From NCBI GenBank assembly GCA_013239625.1, contig MU053881.1, positions 6,471,957-6,535,956 of the forward strand: a DNA stretch of 64,000 nt. The letters run 5' to 3'. The first letter of the stretch is position 1. Each line of letters starts with the position of its first letter. The notes beneath the pieces were generated by a model. It did no database searches. It was not told the origin of the DNA and was given only the letters and a program-made list of their open reading frames with translations. Below are positions 50,396 to 64,000 of the stretch, piece by piece. Position numbers and translations under genes: made by a program. This DNA is from Lama guanicoe. Its lineage: Eukaryota.

Positions 50396-51522
50396 AAGCC
50401 TATAGGGAGTAAAATAAATGAAATCCATATTCTTTGGCTGGCACATATGATCATTTGCCTTTTGTACTTGAGTAATACGACTGTGTGAAAAATTGTTCAT
50501 GATAGTCAAACACGAGAAAAGGCAACTGGATATTTGGGCTATTCTGAATTCGTTTCCTTACCATTAGACCCTGTGTAGTCCCGGCACTTTCCTAAAGGTG
50601 GACAGCTCCTCTGCACTGGATCCCTATCATTTTCTTGCCTGTTAGCATGAGCTTTACTATGCCAATGTCTATGAAATTGGGCTTCCAAAGAATCCCAGGG
50701 TTCCATGGGCTTGCAGAGAATAATAGTTAAGGGCACGGCCCATTGCCTACTGCAAGTGGAAATAGCAGATAAGTGTCAGGCTGGGAGCCAAGATTTGTTC
50801 GAATCCCAGCTCTGACTCTTACTGTCTGTGTCCCCTTGGATAAGTCACTTACCTTCCCATGCCTCAGATTCCTATAAAACTACAAAAACTATAAAAATGG
50901 AGATAGCCTTACTGGGTTGTTATGAACATTTAAAATGATGTAATATTTGCAAAAAGCTTGTGACTATGGGTGGCACATAAATTCTCAACTGATAATAATC
51001 ATTATTATTTTTCTGGACTGTGGTGTTTCACTGCTAAGTCAGATAATGAGTCTTTCCTAGTTAACAGAAAAATATGCTAATCATGAAATTTGCCACAACA
51101 TAATTTTTCTGTACCTTGTTCAGTAAACCATTCCTTGTATAATTTAAGAAAACAAGAATGCAGCAAAAGAATAAATAGTAAATACGTATTAATCTGAAAT
51201 TTATAAGCAGCTGATCATGTTTGGTTTGATACTGGGTTTTTCATAGATGCTTGTTCTTGTGGTTGATTTTATGCTGCATACAGAAAACATAGTTATTTTC
51301 TGCCGGAAAATTACACGTATTAATTAATATCTCATTGTATTTAGCAAAAAGAGCAATCTTTTTAAAGAGGTGTCATGATTTCCGGATCCTCCCACCCAAA
51401 CAAGGATGAAAATCACTGGTGCAAAGTGAATCACTAGGGGCAGGAACCAGGTCCAGGTCATCTCTACAGACCAGCATACGGCATAGGTGATGAACCATAT
51501 ACAGGACCCTCACAATTCTTAC

Positions 51523-51710
51523 CCTATCTTTGGCTGCCACCTGCTGTAAGGAGCTGTAGTGGGCAACTGCGTATTCCAGGAGGGCCCCAAACACGAAGCT
51601 AAAGCAGATCCCCAGGTACACATCGATGGCCTTTATGAAGCAGTTGGTGTTAGGAAGAGAAGTGCGGGACCCGATCATCAGTGTGGTCATTGACAATACG
51701 GTGGTCACTC
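51523..51710 (-). CDS. GABRP: GABRP exon 9 ([11 protein letters not shown]...[26 protein letters not shown]...AAKDR), M2-M3
   Basis: ttcccAG acceptor, AGG|GTAAGA donor, 188 nt; TTVLSMTT and ALLEYA motifs. Confidence 0.97.
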
Positions 51711-52219
51711 CTGGGAAGACAGGTAAGCAGTGTGCCCACGTCAGCGGCCAGCGAACCTTCCATCATCACCTGGCATGCTGTCTCCATTCAGGAGTTGGCA
51801 AGGTAGTGATGGGACTCAGAAACAGAACATAGCTCATTTTGGAACATAGTTCCCTTCTGGAATAGGGTTGATTTGCCCATTTTGTACAGATATGAGTGAT
51901 TAGATTTTCTAAATGTTTCACCTTCTGTCTTCTCACAGGATGGTGATGTTCAGGAAGCCAAATAACTGTCAGTAGACCATCTACTCACAATTCTTCCTTA
52001 TCTATCACTGTAAAACACAAGTTTAAAAATGCGCTATTCCTAAAGTAGTCTCTTTCTGTCTCTGTCTCTCTGTCTCTCTCTGTAAAAGACTCTCTAAAGA
52101 AACCAGCTCCTGGAACTGCCCTGTGAATATCAATGAAAACAATAGTAGAAGGTTAAAGAAGTAAATACATCAGGACCTAATAATCTAGTTCTTTGAAGTC
52201 TCCCGTTGGAGCTACTTAC

Positions 52220-52372
52220 CAATGCAGGTTCTTGCAGGGACTGAATCAAGGGAGATCCAAAAAGAAACCCAGGATAGCACCACCAGGAAAGTGGAAGGAA
52301 CGTAGGTTTCCAAAATGAAATACAAGACATTCCTCTGAAGCTCAAATTGCAAGACCAATCGCGTGTAATTTC
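52220..52372 (-). CDS. GABRP: GABRP exon 8 ([51 protein letters not shown]), M1 and start of M2
   Basis: ccttcAG acceptor, G|GTAAGT donor, 153 nt; LSWVSFWI and PAR anion-channel motifs. Confidence 0.97.
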
Positions 52373-52857
52373 CTGAAGGGATGAACAAGGGATAAGAAGT
52401 CATGCCTGCTCACCTACTAGCGGAGTGGTTTCCCTGCGGGGTGTTTAACTTAGCTATCTTCACATTAAGCCATCTGTTATTCACCGAAGCGTAGTTAATC
52501 GTGAACTGTCATTATAGTTTCAATGAAAGAAATCACGGCTGTGTAGAATGGGGTTTGTGGGAGTGCGGACGCCCCCACCCATGATCATCTTCTTGTGCCT
52601 TTCTCTCCCATGACAGTCCTGCAGCATCGGGACTGCTGGTTTCCTTGACATCTGCCCCACTAGACTGTGAGCCCCCTGGGGACCATTGCAGCAGTGGGTG
52701 TGGAGCAGGTAAAAGTGCCACGCCCAAACGCTGCTGCCCTACCACACTGAGGAGGGGTTCCTGGGCCCCAAAAGGATCAAGAGGAAAAGAGATGATATTT
52801 CTGACCCAGGATGCAACTCAGCTATTTTGCATTCATGCATTTTGTCCCACGAGTTAC

Positions 52858-52995
52858 CTGTTTCCTGCTGTGACCTGGTAACTGAGGTGAAATATTGCTG
52901 TATGGTGTACTGTGCAAGCCGCAGGTTTTCCAGCCCGCGAACTGAGTCGTTCCCTCTCAGCCAGCTGAACTCCACGTCGTTCCCATCATAGCCCC
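52858..52995 (-). CDS. GABRP: GABRP exon 7 ([46 protein letters not shown])
   Basis: ttgccAG acceptor, G|GTAAC donor, 138 nt, phase-consistent. Confidence 0.97.
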
Positions 52996-53984
52996 CTGGC
53001 AAGTGCAACAGTCCCGTGGTCAGTGCAGGAAGTTAGCAGATTGAACTGTTCGGGAAGATGCTACGATCTGGAGACATCAGGAGCTCTGTCTTTTTGACAG
53101 TGCTAAGTCCAGGGATGATCCCATGCAAAACTGGGCATGATTTCTCAAGTGTAATTGCAGCATCTATTCAGAATGAGATGACCTGCTAGGGGCTTTTCAC
53201 CATCAATTGAGAACGGGTTCTATGCTGAGCATTGTATAGACGTGGTAGATGATAAGCTACTAGAAGTGGCCTCCCTCATTATTTAAATCATATTTATTGA
53301 ACACATATCTAGCAAAGGAATACTATGCTAGATATTGCCTTTCAGGACAGTCTAACACCTTGGAGAGGGTTCTCAGGGACTTCACAATCTATCTGTTCAT
53401 ATTTCCATATTGGCATAAATGCAAAAACAAAAAACCTGCAGCCAACCACTTTATTGGTGTCTGTAAATATAGGTGCTTGATAAATCTCAAAGCAGTTTTG
53501 CCAATATAGTTGATGATAGTAGTAATAGCTACCTTTTATTAAACATTTATGTTAAGTCCTTTACACATTTTGTGTCTAAGATTCTTACAAGCTTGCAAGG
53601 CACACCTCTATATCTCTTCATTTTGTAAAAGCTATTTTTTTTACATCTTATGAAATTGAAATGGGTCTTACAGTTGATATATATATAAAGTACAGCTTAC
53701 ATTTTCCCTAAAACGTTATTATTTAATAAATGCTGTGCCTTCAAATTGAGAAACTGTAATGTTTTTGCCCATTTTATACATGAAAAATTATCAGCTTCAG
53801 AGAGATTGCATAATTTTCTCAGGATAACAAGGCAGGTGAAAAACAAAGCCAGGATTGTACCTCAAGAAAGTTTAATACCATAGCCCATGGATGCCGATGA
53901 TAATGTGTCACTTAATGACCATTTACATTTCTAGGTGCTTTACAGTGTTATCATCTCATTTAATCCTCAAATGATATCTTTGAG

Positions 53985-54730
53985 AAGATAGATGAATGAT
54001 TAATGAGCACATGAAAAGATGCTCACAATCATTAGTCCTTGGACAGATGTAAATCAAAACTACAGTAAGATGCCACTTCACATTCACTAGAATGTCTGTA
54101 ATGAAAAAGACAGACAATAACAGATGGTGAGAATGTGGAGAAGCTGGAACACTGCCGATGGAAATGTAAAACGGTGCAACCACTTTGGAAAACAGTTTGG
54201 CAGCTTCTTGAAAATGTAAACATCAATTTGACCCAGCATTTCTGTTCTAGGTATATGTCCAGGAGAAATCAAACCATGTCCACAAAAGGACGTGTACACA
54301 AATTTTCACAGCAGCACTATTCATAACAGCTGAAAGGTGGAAACAAGGCAGAACAACTTGTACTACGTGTATTCTTTAGCCTGGAATAAAACCGTAAGAA
54401 AGGAATGAGGTACTGATGCATGCTCCATCATGTATGAACCTCAAAAACATTATGCAAAGTGAAAGAAGCCAGATGCAAAAGGCCACGTATTATTTGATTC
54501 CACTTAGATGCAATATCCAGAAAAGGCAAATTCTTAGAGACAGGTTAGTGGTTGCTTGGAAGCTGGTGGTGGCAATGGGGAGTGACTGCAAATGGGCAAT
54601 TTGGGGCAATGGAAATGGTTGGACAATGGTTGGACATTGGTTGGACGACTCAGAAAATTTACTAAAAACCTTTGAATTGTACACTTAAAATGATATGAAT
54701 TTTATGTTGTGCAATTTATACAGCTGTTAC
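53985..54730 (+). mobile_element. L1M-type ORF2 end and 3' UTR
   Basis: CKTVQPLWKTVWQLL; gaacctcaaaaacattatgcaaagtgaaagaagccagatgcaaaaggccac. Confidence 0.85.
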
Positions 54731-56325
54731 AAAATAACTCTTTGTGCCGAATACTACTAGTTTTCCTGCTTCACTGATGAGGCAAATGAGGTTAGTTCTA
54801 CTCACCCAAAGTTACACAGCTAGTGCCTGGAAAAGCCCAGTGATTATAAACATGGACCTTCGTTTTTCAAGGCTACTGGGAAATGGGATGCCAGTGTTGG
54901 GACTAACATTTTGTTAAGATCTTAGCTTATGGTATCCACTGTCTATCAGTGGTTATCTCCCCCTCCATAAGGTGGAGAAGTAGTCATGAGCTCTTAGAGG
55001 ATTTCCAGGTAAAAATTATCTGTGGACTTTCCCTTGGAAGCACCCCCAAACTTACTGAAGCTAGCTGTCCAAAGAGACCTCGGATCCCAAAGGGAAAAAA
55101 AATACCTTGAAAAGTGAGTTGTGCAAGCGTCTATTTAGATACTTTGCTTTTATGACTAATAAATGCTCAGAATCATTACATTCTCATTGCTCTGTCCCTG
55201 GGTGGAAATGAGCAATTGTGGGATGGTATCAATTCTTTTCTAGGGTTGGAGTTCAGGAAAAATGCCCTTGGTGAGGTTTCTGTACCCAAATAACTGCTAA
55301 TAAACATTCAGTGAAAGCTTCCTCTGCTCCCTGGGGATGGTATTTGTACAAGCAGAGTGCTGAAGTTTCTAGGAAAATCTCACTCCGGGGATTTGAGTTG
55401 AGCAGAGCCACCCATGGAGGGCAATTGCTTCTTCTATGTGGGGCTGAAAATGAGTTCTCTTTTTGATAACCTCAAATTTTAGTCTGCCCCCAACCAGCTA
55501 TATTACATGCATTTAATCAATAAGGTAATTAATCTGCCTGCCTGAGTGTTTAATTAAATGTCTACCTCTGAATAATGACTGCTGCCTCATAATGGCTGTG
55601 CTTCTTGGATGTTGGCCACTTGTGTCCTCATGTAAGAAGTGCCCACTGCTTTCCAGTGCTTAGCTATAGTTTTTCCTCCTTGCACAAGACATGCCTTGAT
55701 GCCTTAATATCTCCTAAATGTGGCATTGTGTTCCCAGGACAGGTATCACAGTTGCCACCTCCCCAGATTTGGTGGGCATTTCAGAGTGGTTTACTAAGGA
55801 ACCATGGAGATCACTCACAGTGCCAGGAATTCATTTGACACCCATCAGCTTAGAGTCCTCATTCCTCACCAAAAGCAAATCCCCAGATTGCAGTTTAGAT
55901 GCCCAGTTACTAGCCTTATTGTATTAAGCTTTGTATACATCAATTTCTTTTAGAGGTTGGAAGCCGTTGTGCGACAAATGCCAATGATTGCTTTGTGTAT
56001 TTATCATTTCTAACCTCTGCTGTATTCTTTCTGGCTTCCGTGCCTTAGCAGATTCTGAGGTCCCCTCCTAATCTTATTGTCCCCCATTTCCTTGGCTGTC
56101 CTGTCCACTTTTAGGTGGAAATACTAATACTGGTGCCAATGCACAGTGGTCCTCCCCCAAAGATGTAACATTGGAAGGTTTGTTCTTGCGCAGCCTCTAA
56201 ATCTCTCTGGATGTATGTCCAGAAGGACTGAACCCATGGTCACCGACATCAGGAAAAGAAGGGCCACTCTGTATAGGACACTTTTCATGAATACGCAGCT
56301 CTAAGTCCCCCCAGAAAATACTCAC

Positions 56326-56408
56326 AGCTTTCTAGTTGCAGCTTGCATGTCTGTGTGTCCATGGGGTATTTAGACAGGTCCATGTTACATGCAACAGTTG
56401 TTGTGATT
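56326..56408 (-). CDS. GABRP: GABRP exon 6, Cys-loop ([27 protein letters not shown])
   Basis: ctttcttAG acceptor, T|GTGAGT donor, 83 nt; C-x13-C Cys-loop signature. Confidence 0.97.
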
Positions 56409-57729
56409 CTAAGAAAGGAAAAATGTGTTCATAGGCAGTGTTACGAGGTTGCTATAGAAAGCATATACTCCCATATACTTAAGCATGTACTTAAGGGCCA
56501 CTCCAAGAGGACTTTCACCTTGACTCTTACAGTGAATGTGGTGTCTGCATTCAAAACAGTCCTGAGTTTTTTCATGCTAAGCAATACTTGCAAGACTGCA
56601 GACTCTGGAGTCCAGAGCAGAGGAAGTTGGAATGTTGGCAATTCAGAGGCAAGCTTGCAACAATATTACAGAACAGAGTCGCTCATTCACTTGTTTGAGA
56701 TGCTTTTGCAGCCAGTTTTTAACGTTTATCTTTATGACAAACCCACGAGGAGCCCATCCCTACACAAAGTGCTTCATGTGCATTATCCCTTTGAATGTTT
56801 ACAACAGCTTTATGAGGTAGGAAATATTATTATTCTCCTTTTGCTGCTGAGGAAACTGGGGCTTAGCTCAGTCGTCGTTTTATAACTTCAGCCTCTCGCT
56901 TGGCATTTAAGATCAGCCTCGTGAATATTTGGTTCCTGGCCTTCTCCCAAGGGCCCCTGGGACTGTTAGGTTTGCAGTCCTTGAGTCCTTGTCCAGCCCT
57001 GGCACAGGCAGCGATGAGTCCTCTGCCTGTGGGCTGCCTCATGCCGCACCCCAGGGGCATCTTTCCTGTTCCTGCCAAGCAGCAACTTGGTGAACAGTTG
57101 GATGAGCGGAAGTTTTGGTCTCAGTGATTTGGGGAGGCAGCAAAGGGGAGCCCGCGACTGCAGGTGGTGAGGCTTCGGGGGACGGTACTTTGATTCTCTG
57201 TGCAAGAATGACTCAGATAAGTAGAGATGCATTCTGGAGCCATCCCAGCCTCACTGAGCAACATGAAATGAAAGTTCCTTGTATCACCTGTTTGCTCTTG
57301 CTGTTCCCCTTACCTCTTCCTGGCTGACCTCCGTTTACTCTTTGAGATTCAACTCGGAGTCCTGTGAAAGCATCCTCTAGCATCACTCCAAACCACTAAC
57401 CTACTCCCCACCTTGGACCCCCAGTGCCTGTCTTCATCTGCTGGTGTGTCTGTGTCAGGACAACGTCTTATTCAGCTCCGAATCCTCAGGTCCAGCACCG
57501 GCCTGGCACAGAGCACGCCTTCTCAGTAGATGCTTGTTGAGCCAAACTGGACTGAGAGAGAGAGAGAGCCCCTCTGCCAGGGGACAAGGATCTAAGAAGG
57601 CAGGCACATGAGCAGGGGGGCACTTTGGAATGGTTATCCCAGTGCTGGTGAGAACTGCCCAAGATGTTATCTCTGCCTTTTCTTTCAGACCTATCCCCTA
57701 CAACCCTTAGGCGGCAGGTGCCCCGGTAC

Positions 57730-57947
57730 CTGAGAGCATACAGGACTGTGCCATTGGAGAAGAGGCGGATGAGCCTGTTTCCCACAGTGACTTCGTGGAG
57801 GAAGGACGTTTTGGACTCCACGATGTAAGTGTCTGGCACCCAGAGGAACTCCACGAGGCGTGCATCCAGAGTGAAGCTCTTGTTGCCTTCAAACACCAGC
57901 CGCGGGTCTGTCCAGAGCTGTCTGAGGTATATGGTGGCTGTGTAGTC
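57730..57947 (-). CDS. GABRP: GABRP exon 5 ([73 protein letters not shown])
   Basis: cgctcAG acceptor, AG|GTACCG donor, 218 nt; contains the LWVPDTY ligand-binding-domain motif. Confidence 0.97.
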
Positions 57948-58716
57948 CTGAGCGGGCAGCCGGGGAGGGGAAGTGGGCGGGTGGGGGTGGGGAAAGACTC
58001 AGAACATGGAAGAGAAGGGGTCGTCCTACTCCCCTCCCCACCTCCACTGAGGTCACGAGCACATACTGCACTACACATGGCTGAATAAAGTCTGTCTTGA
58101 GCTGGTGGCCTGTAGCAGTAAGAGAGCAAAGCACCTTATTTATTCTAGATAATAACGCCCGTTGCCTAGGAACCCCACAGGAGCGTGTTCAGGGCCTTAA
58201 CTTACTTGCCCTTGATCACAAAGTCCCCACCAAGTTGACAGTTTTGATGAGCAAAGTGCTTAGGTTGTCCCGGATTTACCCGGAATCTACCGTGGACCCT
58301 CTTGGCAAACTGCCTTTAATGTCATCTTGTCTCTAATGTGTTCTCTCAAGTGAGACGTGGGGCGAAAGCAGTTATGTGATTGCTGGTTTTCATCCGCTTG
58401 TCTCTCCCTCTGTGAGGGACCACGTGATATTTAAGCGGACCTTGCTCTTTTATTCTTTTCCCCCAGTTTATCCCTCACCAGATGCACCCACTCCACTCCA
58501 TTGTTTCTCCCCTCCTGGCCTTTGGATCCACTTCCCTCCTGATACTCAGAAGATCTGTTTTACAAGAATCTTTCACTGTCTTGAGTTTTAGGGTAGGTCT
58601 CCAGCTTCTGCCACTGCAAGGAAGTCTCTGCTCTGCTGTGAGTAGCTAGAAAATGTATTCCCATAAAGCACAAGGAGAGGGGCTTGTTGCGTGGAAGACG
58701 AAGAGTCCAGCCTTAC

Positions 58717-58784
58717 CATGTCACTCTCAGAAATACTGGAAATACTCGCAATGTCCAGAGTCAGTGCTATCTGAACAGGGTCTC
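58717..58784 (-). CDS. GABRP: GABRP exon 4 (GDPVQIALTLDIASISSISESDM)
   Basis: ctcttAG acceptor, ATG|GTAAGG donor, 68 nt, in phase with both neighbours; too short for the ORF track. Confidence 0.96.
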
Positions 58785-61700
58785 CTAAGAGTGAAGAAGA
58801 AACCGGAAAGAGTTACATAGAAACACAAATGGAAGTTTCCCTAACCCTCCTTCAGCACAATTAAAAATACATATATATTAGAAAATTACAAAAGTAACAC
58901 TTGCCTGTTGGAAAATTCTAAACACTTTAGAAGTATATAAAGTAAAAGGTTAGTTTCTATCCTCCCCACCTCAGGAGGAACCATTGTGCAGAGTGTGCCT
59001 CCCTTTTATATGAAAAAAAAATGCACAAATATATAGTTAGCCAAATACATAAATACACAAATACTATATTCATGAGTGCATATTTTAAAGAATGTAGTGG
59101 TATTTGCTACTTCTTATTTGGAGGGGTTTTCCTATGGTGCTTGCCAGGGGCTCATTGTTTCGAAATGTAATAGAGGTTTGGTCGCGCTCCCGCTCCCCCT
59201 CCTGACACTTTTCCTCCTCTTCCTTTACTCTCCAGGAGCCCTAAGCTATTTGGAACTGCAGAACCATCCCACTTGGTCTGTGCACGGATGTTGGGCCTCA
59301 ATCCTGGAGTCTCAGCAGATGGGCCTGCAGTCCTGAGAGTGCTTGTCTTAGTTCTCGGGACTGAGGCTGACAGCCACCACTCCCAGCGGCCAGGCCAGGC
59401 CAGGCCAGGGACAGTGACTCCTCCTTACACTGAGATGTGGAAGAAAAGCCCAGGAGTCAGAAAGATGGGAGTTTCGATCTGGGAGAAGTTGCCAAGTCTT
59501 TCCGAACTACAGTTTTCTCATCTGCAGGTATGAACAATGCTGAGGACAGCAGAGCATCATGGAGAGGGTTAAATGAGGTTGGGTGTGTGACAACTTCTTT
59601 GCAGGGTGGTGGCAAGTAGGAATGTTCATGAAGTGCCTGCCTAGCTGGACATCCAGAGGCTGCTCGGAAATAATTACCTGTACGAAGCCTCCGGCACTGT
59701 TTCTGTCACTTAATACCAGGCACTCAGTAAACAGCATTTGCCTTCCCTTCGCCCTCTCTTCCGTGATCTCAGCTAATTCTGGAAAAGGAACAACTTTCCT
59801 CGCCAGGTTGATGGGCACAATAGCATTCACTTGTGATAAATAACTGGGGGTGCCTCAGGGAGCTGTGACAATGGCATTAACAAAGAAAAGGAGAGGCAGA
59901 ATTCAAAGGAAGCTTAAAAACATTGAACTGGGGGGAATCAGACAGAGCAACCTAGTTGTTAATTGGAGGAACCAAGCCACAAAATATAGGTGAGAATTTG
60001 GAGTTGGAGTTTTAAAGCTAATGCAATTAAGAGTAATTAAGTTAACACTTGGTGTTAATACTTGGTGGAAAAGGGAGAAGGCTTTGAGGGCAGACCCTGG
60101 GAGGTGCTGAAGGAGTGTGGTGCTAAGTGACTTTCTGCCCCACAAGGCAGCAAGGTGCAGCAGCAAAAAAAGGAGCTTAATGGGTCAGAGTGTTTGAAAC
60201 CCCTGCTGGCCACTTCATAGCGGTGTCACCTTGAACAAATTGCTTAAATCTCTCTGTTCTACACTCTCTCACCTGTAAAATAGAGCAGCTGATACCAGCC
60301 ATCAAGGGCTGTGCTGGGACGGTTACAGGATCTATTTTAAGTGCCTAGAACACAGCGGGCAATGGGTCAGTCAGTGTTCGTTGCCCTCCCTGCGAGACAT
60401 GGAGAATGGAAAACACACGAGAGCTCCAGCCTCACTGGGTTTTTTGTTGTTTGCTTAGTTTGTTTCTAAGCAGTCTAGTCCAGGCCTTGCCTCAAGGTTG
60501 ACTTTTTTATGGACCAGAGCTTGCTCTTTCTTCCCCTCGAATTATAAATGTCAGCTGTGCCACCAGAGGGCAGCTTTTTCCTAGGAAAGAGGTCAACGGC
60601 AAGTCCTGGGCAGAGTTCAGGAGGGCCTGCTTGCAAACCTGTGCTGTCTAGCTCGGTCCCTGAGAAACTCTATGGAGGTCTTGTCACTCAAGGACCCCAG
60701 GGTCCTAGACCTGGGTGGACAGACATTACAGAGAACAACCAGCCCCTCTTTGGGCCTTGAGGCTGCTTTGCAAGCACAGGTTCTGTTGGGAGGCAGAGTG
60801 CTGAAGGCTCACGACAAGGGGTGAGGGTTGTGCCTTCTCCTCCTTTTGACTGAAAACCCCTTGCCCCATTTTTAGCCCAGGTGGATCCGGGCCTCAAGTC
60901 CCCTTAAGTCGACCCCAGGTTCAGAATGAGCACCTTGCCCAAGGACCCTGCACCTTGTTGGCCTGTAAGCAGGCAACAGGAAGGATAGTGTCCTGGCATA
61001 ATGGTTCGGGATTTGGGAGGCAGAGGAATTGCTGAGTGGATCTAACCAGGTGCACAGATTCACGTGCTTGTCCTTAGTGTTCAGCTGGGCCTGGGAAAGC
61101 CAGGGGAGGTTTAAGCTTCCCTAGATCTCGTAGCATCAGGACCTCAAATCCTAACTGTGTGGCCATGAAGATGCATCTCTCAGATCTCCGGATGAAGGGG
61201 GTGTGATTGGTCCCAGCTACTGTGCTCTGATATCTACCACCACGCTTGCTCAGAGGCCACGCATCCCATGGGCTACGTCCCACCGAGGGGGCTAAGCATG
61301 GCAGGAATCCTAACGTAGGCCTGGTCCTGGGAGGCATGGAGGCTGCACCAAAGGGTCAAGGACTCTCTGGTGGCCTTTCCAAACACACTTAAAACTGCAC
61401 TGTAGTCTGACACCTCCAGCAACCTTCCTTCCCTCACTCGCTCCTTCCCCCAGACTGCAATGCAGGTCTGACAACTCTCCAGCTTCTTTTCCTGCCCTGT
61501 ATTTCATCACAGATATGATTCCATTAAATGTCTTGCACAGAAAATCCCTTCTTGGTGCCTGCTCCTCAGAGGACCTGGACTACGTAGGACTCCTAGATGG
61601 AACCAGAGAATTTTATCATTTACAGGAGGAGCAGGAAGGAAAAGGGATTAAAATAGACTGCAGCCTGGTTTATGCACTTCATGCCTCTGCTTGAGGTAGA

Positions 61701-62859
61701 TGATATGTCCCCATAACAGAAAGGGAAACTGAGGCTCAGAAAGCTAAGGTGCTTGCCCAGCAGTAGAGCCAGGAGTCAAACTCCTGTTTGTTCAACTCCA
61801 AGGTTCTTTCCACTACTTTCTGCTCAAGGTAACAAGATGTCAGTGACCATCTTGGTTCAATCTTGCATTTTATAAACAGAGAGACTGAGACCTTGTGAGG
61901 AGGTGGGTGGTGGCCTCCTTCTTTCCCTTCTTGCCTCATTCTTTCAACAGATTTTAATCTTGACAACTTGGTATCTGTCAAGCGTGAGCTGCTGCTGGAG
62001 TTAGTGAGGTAAACAAAGCAAGATTCCCCCAAGGGGCTGTAGCCTAGAGCTAAGACAAACATAAAGCCAGTGACAGTGACAGTATCATGAGGTAATGGCC
62101 ATGATTTGGAGGTTGTTCAAAATAAAGTGTGAAGAAAGGGGATGGGGCCTGGAGGAATCTGGGTGGACTGCTCAGAAGAGGAAGCCTTTCATCTGAGACA
62201 TGAAGGAAAATTGACATTTGGTCAGGGACTCAAGTTGAACCAAGCCATTCTAGGCAGATAAGCAGTCTCAGCAAGTCATGGAGACCAAGGAGGCCAAGGA
62301 GGTCGGTGGGAACACTTGTAATCCAGCATAACGGGGAAGAGTTGGGGAAGATGAGACTGACAGACAGAGGCTGGGCTAGGAAGGGCCTGGTGGTCCATGC
62401 AAAGGGCTCTGGACTCCATGCTGAGGATGCTGGGATGCAAGCAGGTATTCTGAGCAGGCAAAGGCCCTAGGTGGGTCATCCAGGTGGCAGAGTAGAGGAT
62501 TAGCCTTGAGGGGGCAGGCTGAGGCAGGAAGACCCAGGTGAGACATAGTGAGTTCCTTGAATGACCCTGGAAGTGTGGGCAGAAGGAAGACAGTGTGTAC
62601 GAGGTTGTTAGGAGGCCCATGTAACCTCCTCAGTGGGGAGAAGTGTTTCTTTACCCTGCAGGTGGAGAGACCAGAGAAAGTGCTTTCTCCAAAGTAGCAT
62701 GAAAAATCATGGGCAGCTCTCCTTATCAATCACTGCTAACACTTAACAGGCTGCAGAATAGAAAATGCAGTCAGCTAAAGCCTCCTGAAACCCTCGTCTC
62801 CATATTTTCTCCGTTCCTGTCTTTTTGAATTGATGTCCTGGACAAAAAGAATGACCTAC

Positions 62860-62978
62860 CGCCAAAATTGGGCCTGAGAAACTTGTTATATCCTGCTGTG
62901 AGATTCTCGAAGCCAGGCAGGGACAGCTTGTCACTTCTGCTGACCTCGTTGCTAAACTGATTCCCCTGGAGGCACATC
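62860..62978 (-). CDS. GABRP: GABRP exon 3 ([41 protein letters not shown]); upstream exons lie beyond the window
   Basis: ttttccAG acceptor, G|GTAGGT donor, 119 nt; contains the GYNKFLRP motif of GABA-A subunits. Confidence 0.96.
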
Positions 62979-64000
62979 CTGGAAAAGAAAATGGGTTTCG
63001 GTGTGCATGCTTCTTTGTATGTAGACACACAGGTGTACACGTACACTTGAGCTTGTGTTTGCCTGTACGTGTGTGGCTGTGCCCATGTACCAGCAGTGAC
63101 CTCCCCAAAGAGAAATCTCTAATTTTCAGCTGCTGAGTTAATATATGTTTTTTCCCACCCCATTTTATTACCCATTGGCCGTATATCACAATGTCATGGT
63201 AATTTGGGACCCTCCAGCTGTCTTCCTCCAAAACACGAGGGGTTTGTCCATCTATGACCATTTTGGAAGCTTCAATTCTCCAGATAGAATAAATGGCAGG
63301 AAGTTGTATTGTTCTGGTGTGCCAGGGAGGTGAAGAGACGAGGTTTTATCTTGCCAATGGGAAGTAGAAAGAGCTGCAACCCCTCCCACCACATGCAAAA
63401 CACGGAGCAATTCAGACCAAGGCCACTGTGGGGTAGCAAAGCTCACCTTCCAGTGAAGAGACTCAGGCACAGGAAGGTCAAGTGGAGACCGTGCCTCATG
63501 TTGAAGAACTTACGCAGAGAGGGGCCAAAGTAGAAATCACCTGGGGAGACAGATGGAGCAGGTGAGAGGCAGACAACCCAAAAGGCTCACCTCCTCCGAG
63601 CCCAGCCCAGCCCCTAGGCTGTGGGGCATCAGTTACAGCATCTTCTCCATGTCTGCGGGGAGCAGTCTCTTTCCATACCTTTCCTTCACAGCTCCTGCTC
63701 CCTGCGTGTCATCCAGGAATGACTTCATTATGGATGATCACATTTTAAATCCAACCCAAGTAAGGGCTGAGGACTTGTTTAGAGAGTGGTTCACCACCAG
63801 GCCAGAGATGTAGCCGGTCCATCCTCAGCTGTGTATTTGGGGAGCCCCAGGACTGTCCTTACCCTGGCCTTGTCCTGACTTTGCCAGAAAGGACATCCCC
63901 AGCTATAAACTGTCCCCAACCATGCCGTTTATCCGAGGGTCTAGGCCCGTTAAGCAAGTCACGTAGACAGGAAATGAAAACTTCCCGAGGCCCTCCATGT

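Noticed and set aside
56343..56885. 180-aa plus-strand ORF
   Set aside because: Antisense to GABRP exon 6 and running into MIR-like sequence; no recognisable protein features.
58717..58725. GABRP SESDM (Asp where I recall Asn in human) as a functional change
   Set aside because: Asp occurs at this position in other GABA-A subunits, and the spliced frame is intact with all channel motifs.

Overview
Mammalian genomic DNA, most likely camelid, based on a Vic-1-type tRNA SINE and a lineage-specific L1 3' end. Two known genes lie on the minus strand. GABRP (GABA-A receptor pi subunit) coding exons 3-10 and its 3' UTR span about 46.2-63.0 kb. RANBP17 has its CpG-island promoter and first coding exon (MALHFQ) at about 9.2-10.1 kb, and its intron 1 runs off the left edge. 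The 'intergenic' interval between them is not empty. Reading the minus strand by hand gives a chain of AG/GT-bounded segments whose splice phases join correctly. They translate into protein-like sequence broken by stops and frameshifts, which indicates a decayed, intron-containing gene (candidate unitary pseudogene). It is best supported at 15.0-26.3 kb and probably extends to 40.8-44.6 kb. By-eye comparison from memory suggests a TEX15/TASOR-like layout (DUF3715-like N-terminal motifs, large central exons, TEX15-domain-like C-terminus); this is a hypothesis that needs a profile search. The rest is ordinary interspersed repeats (L1, L2, MIR, MaLR/ERV LTRs, Tigger and Charlie DNA transposons) and microsatellites, plus a 42-bp L1-tail insertion with a perfect 18-bp target-site duplication in the GABRP 3' UTR.
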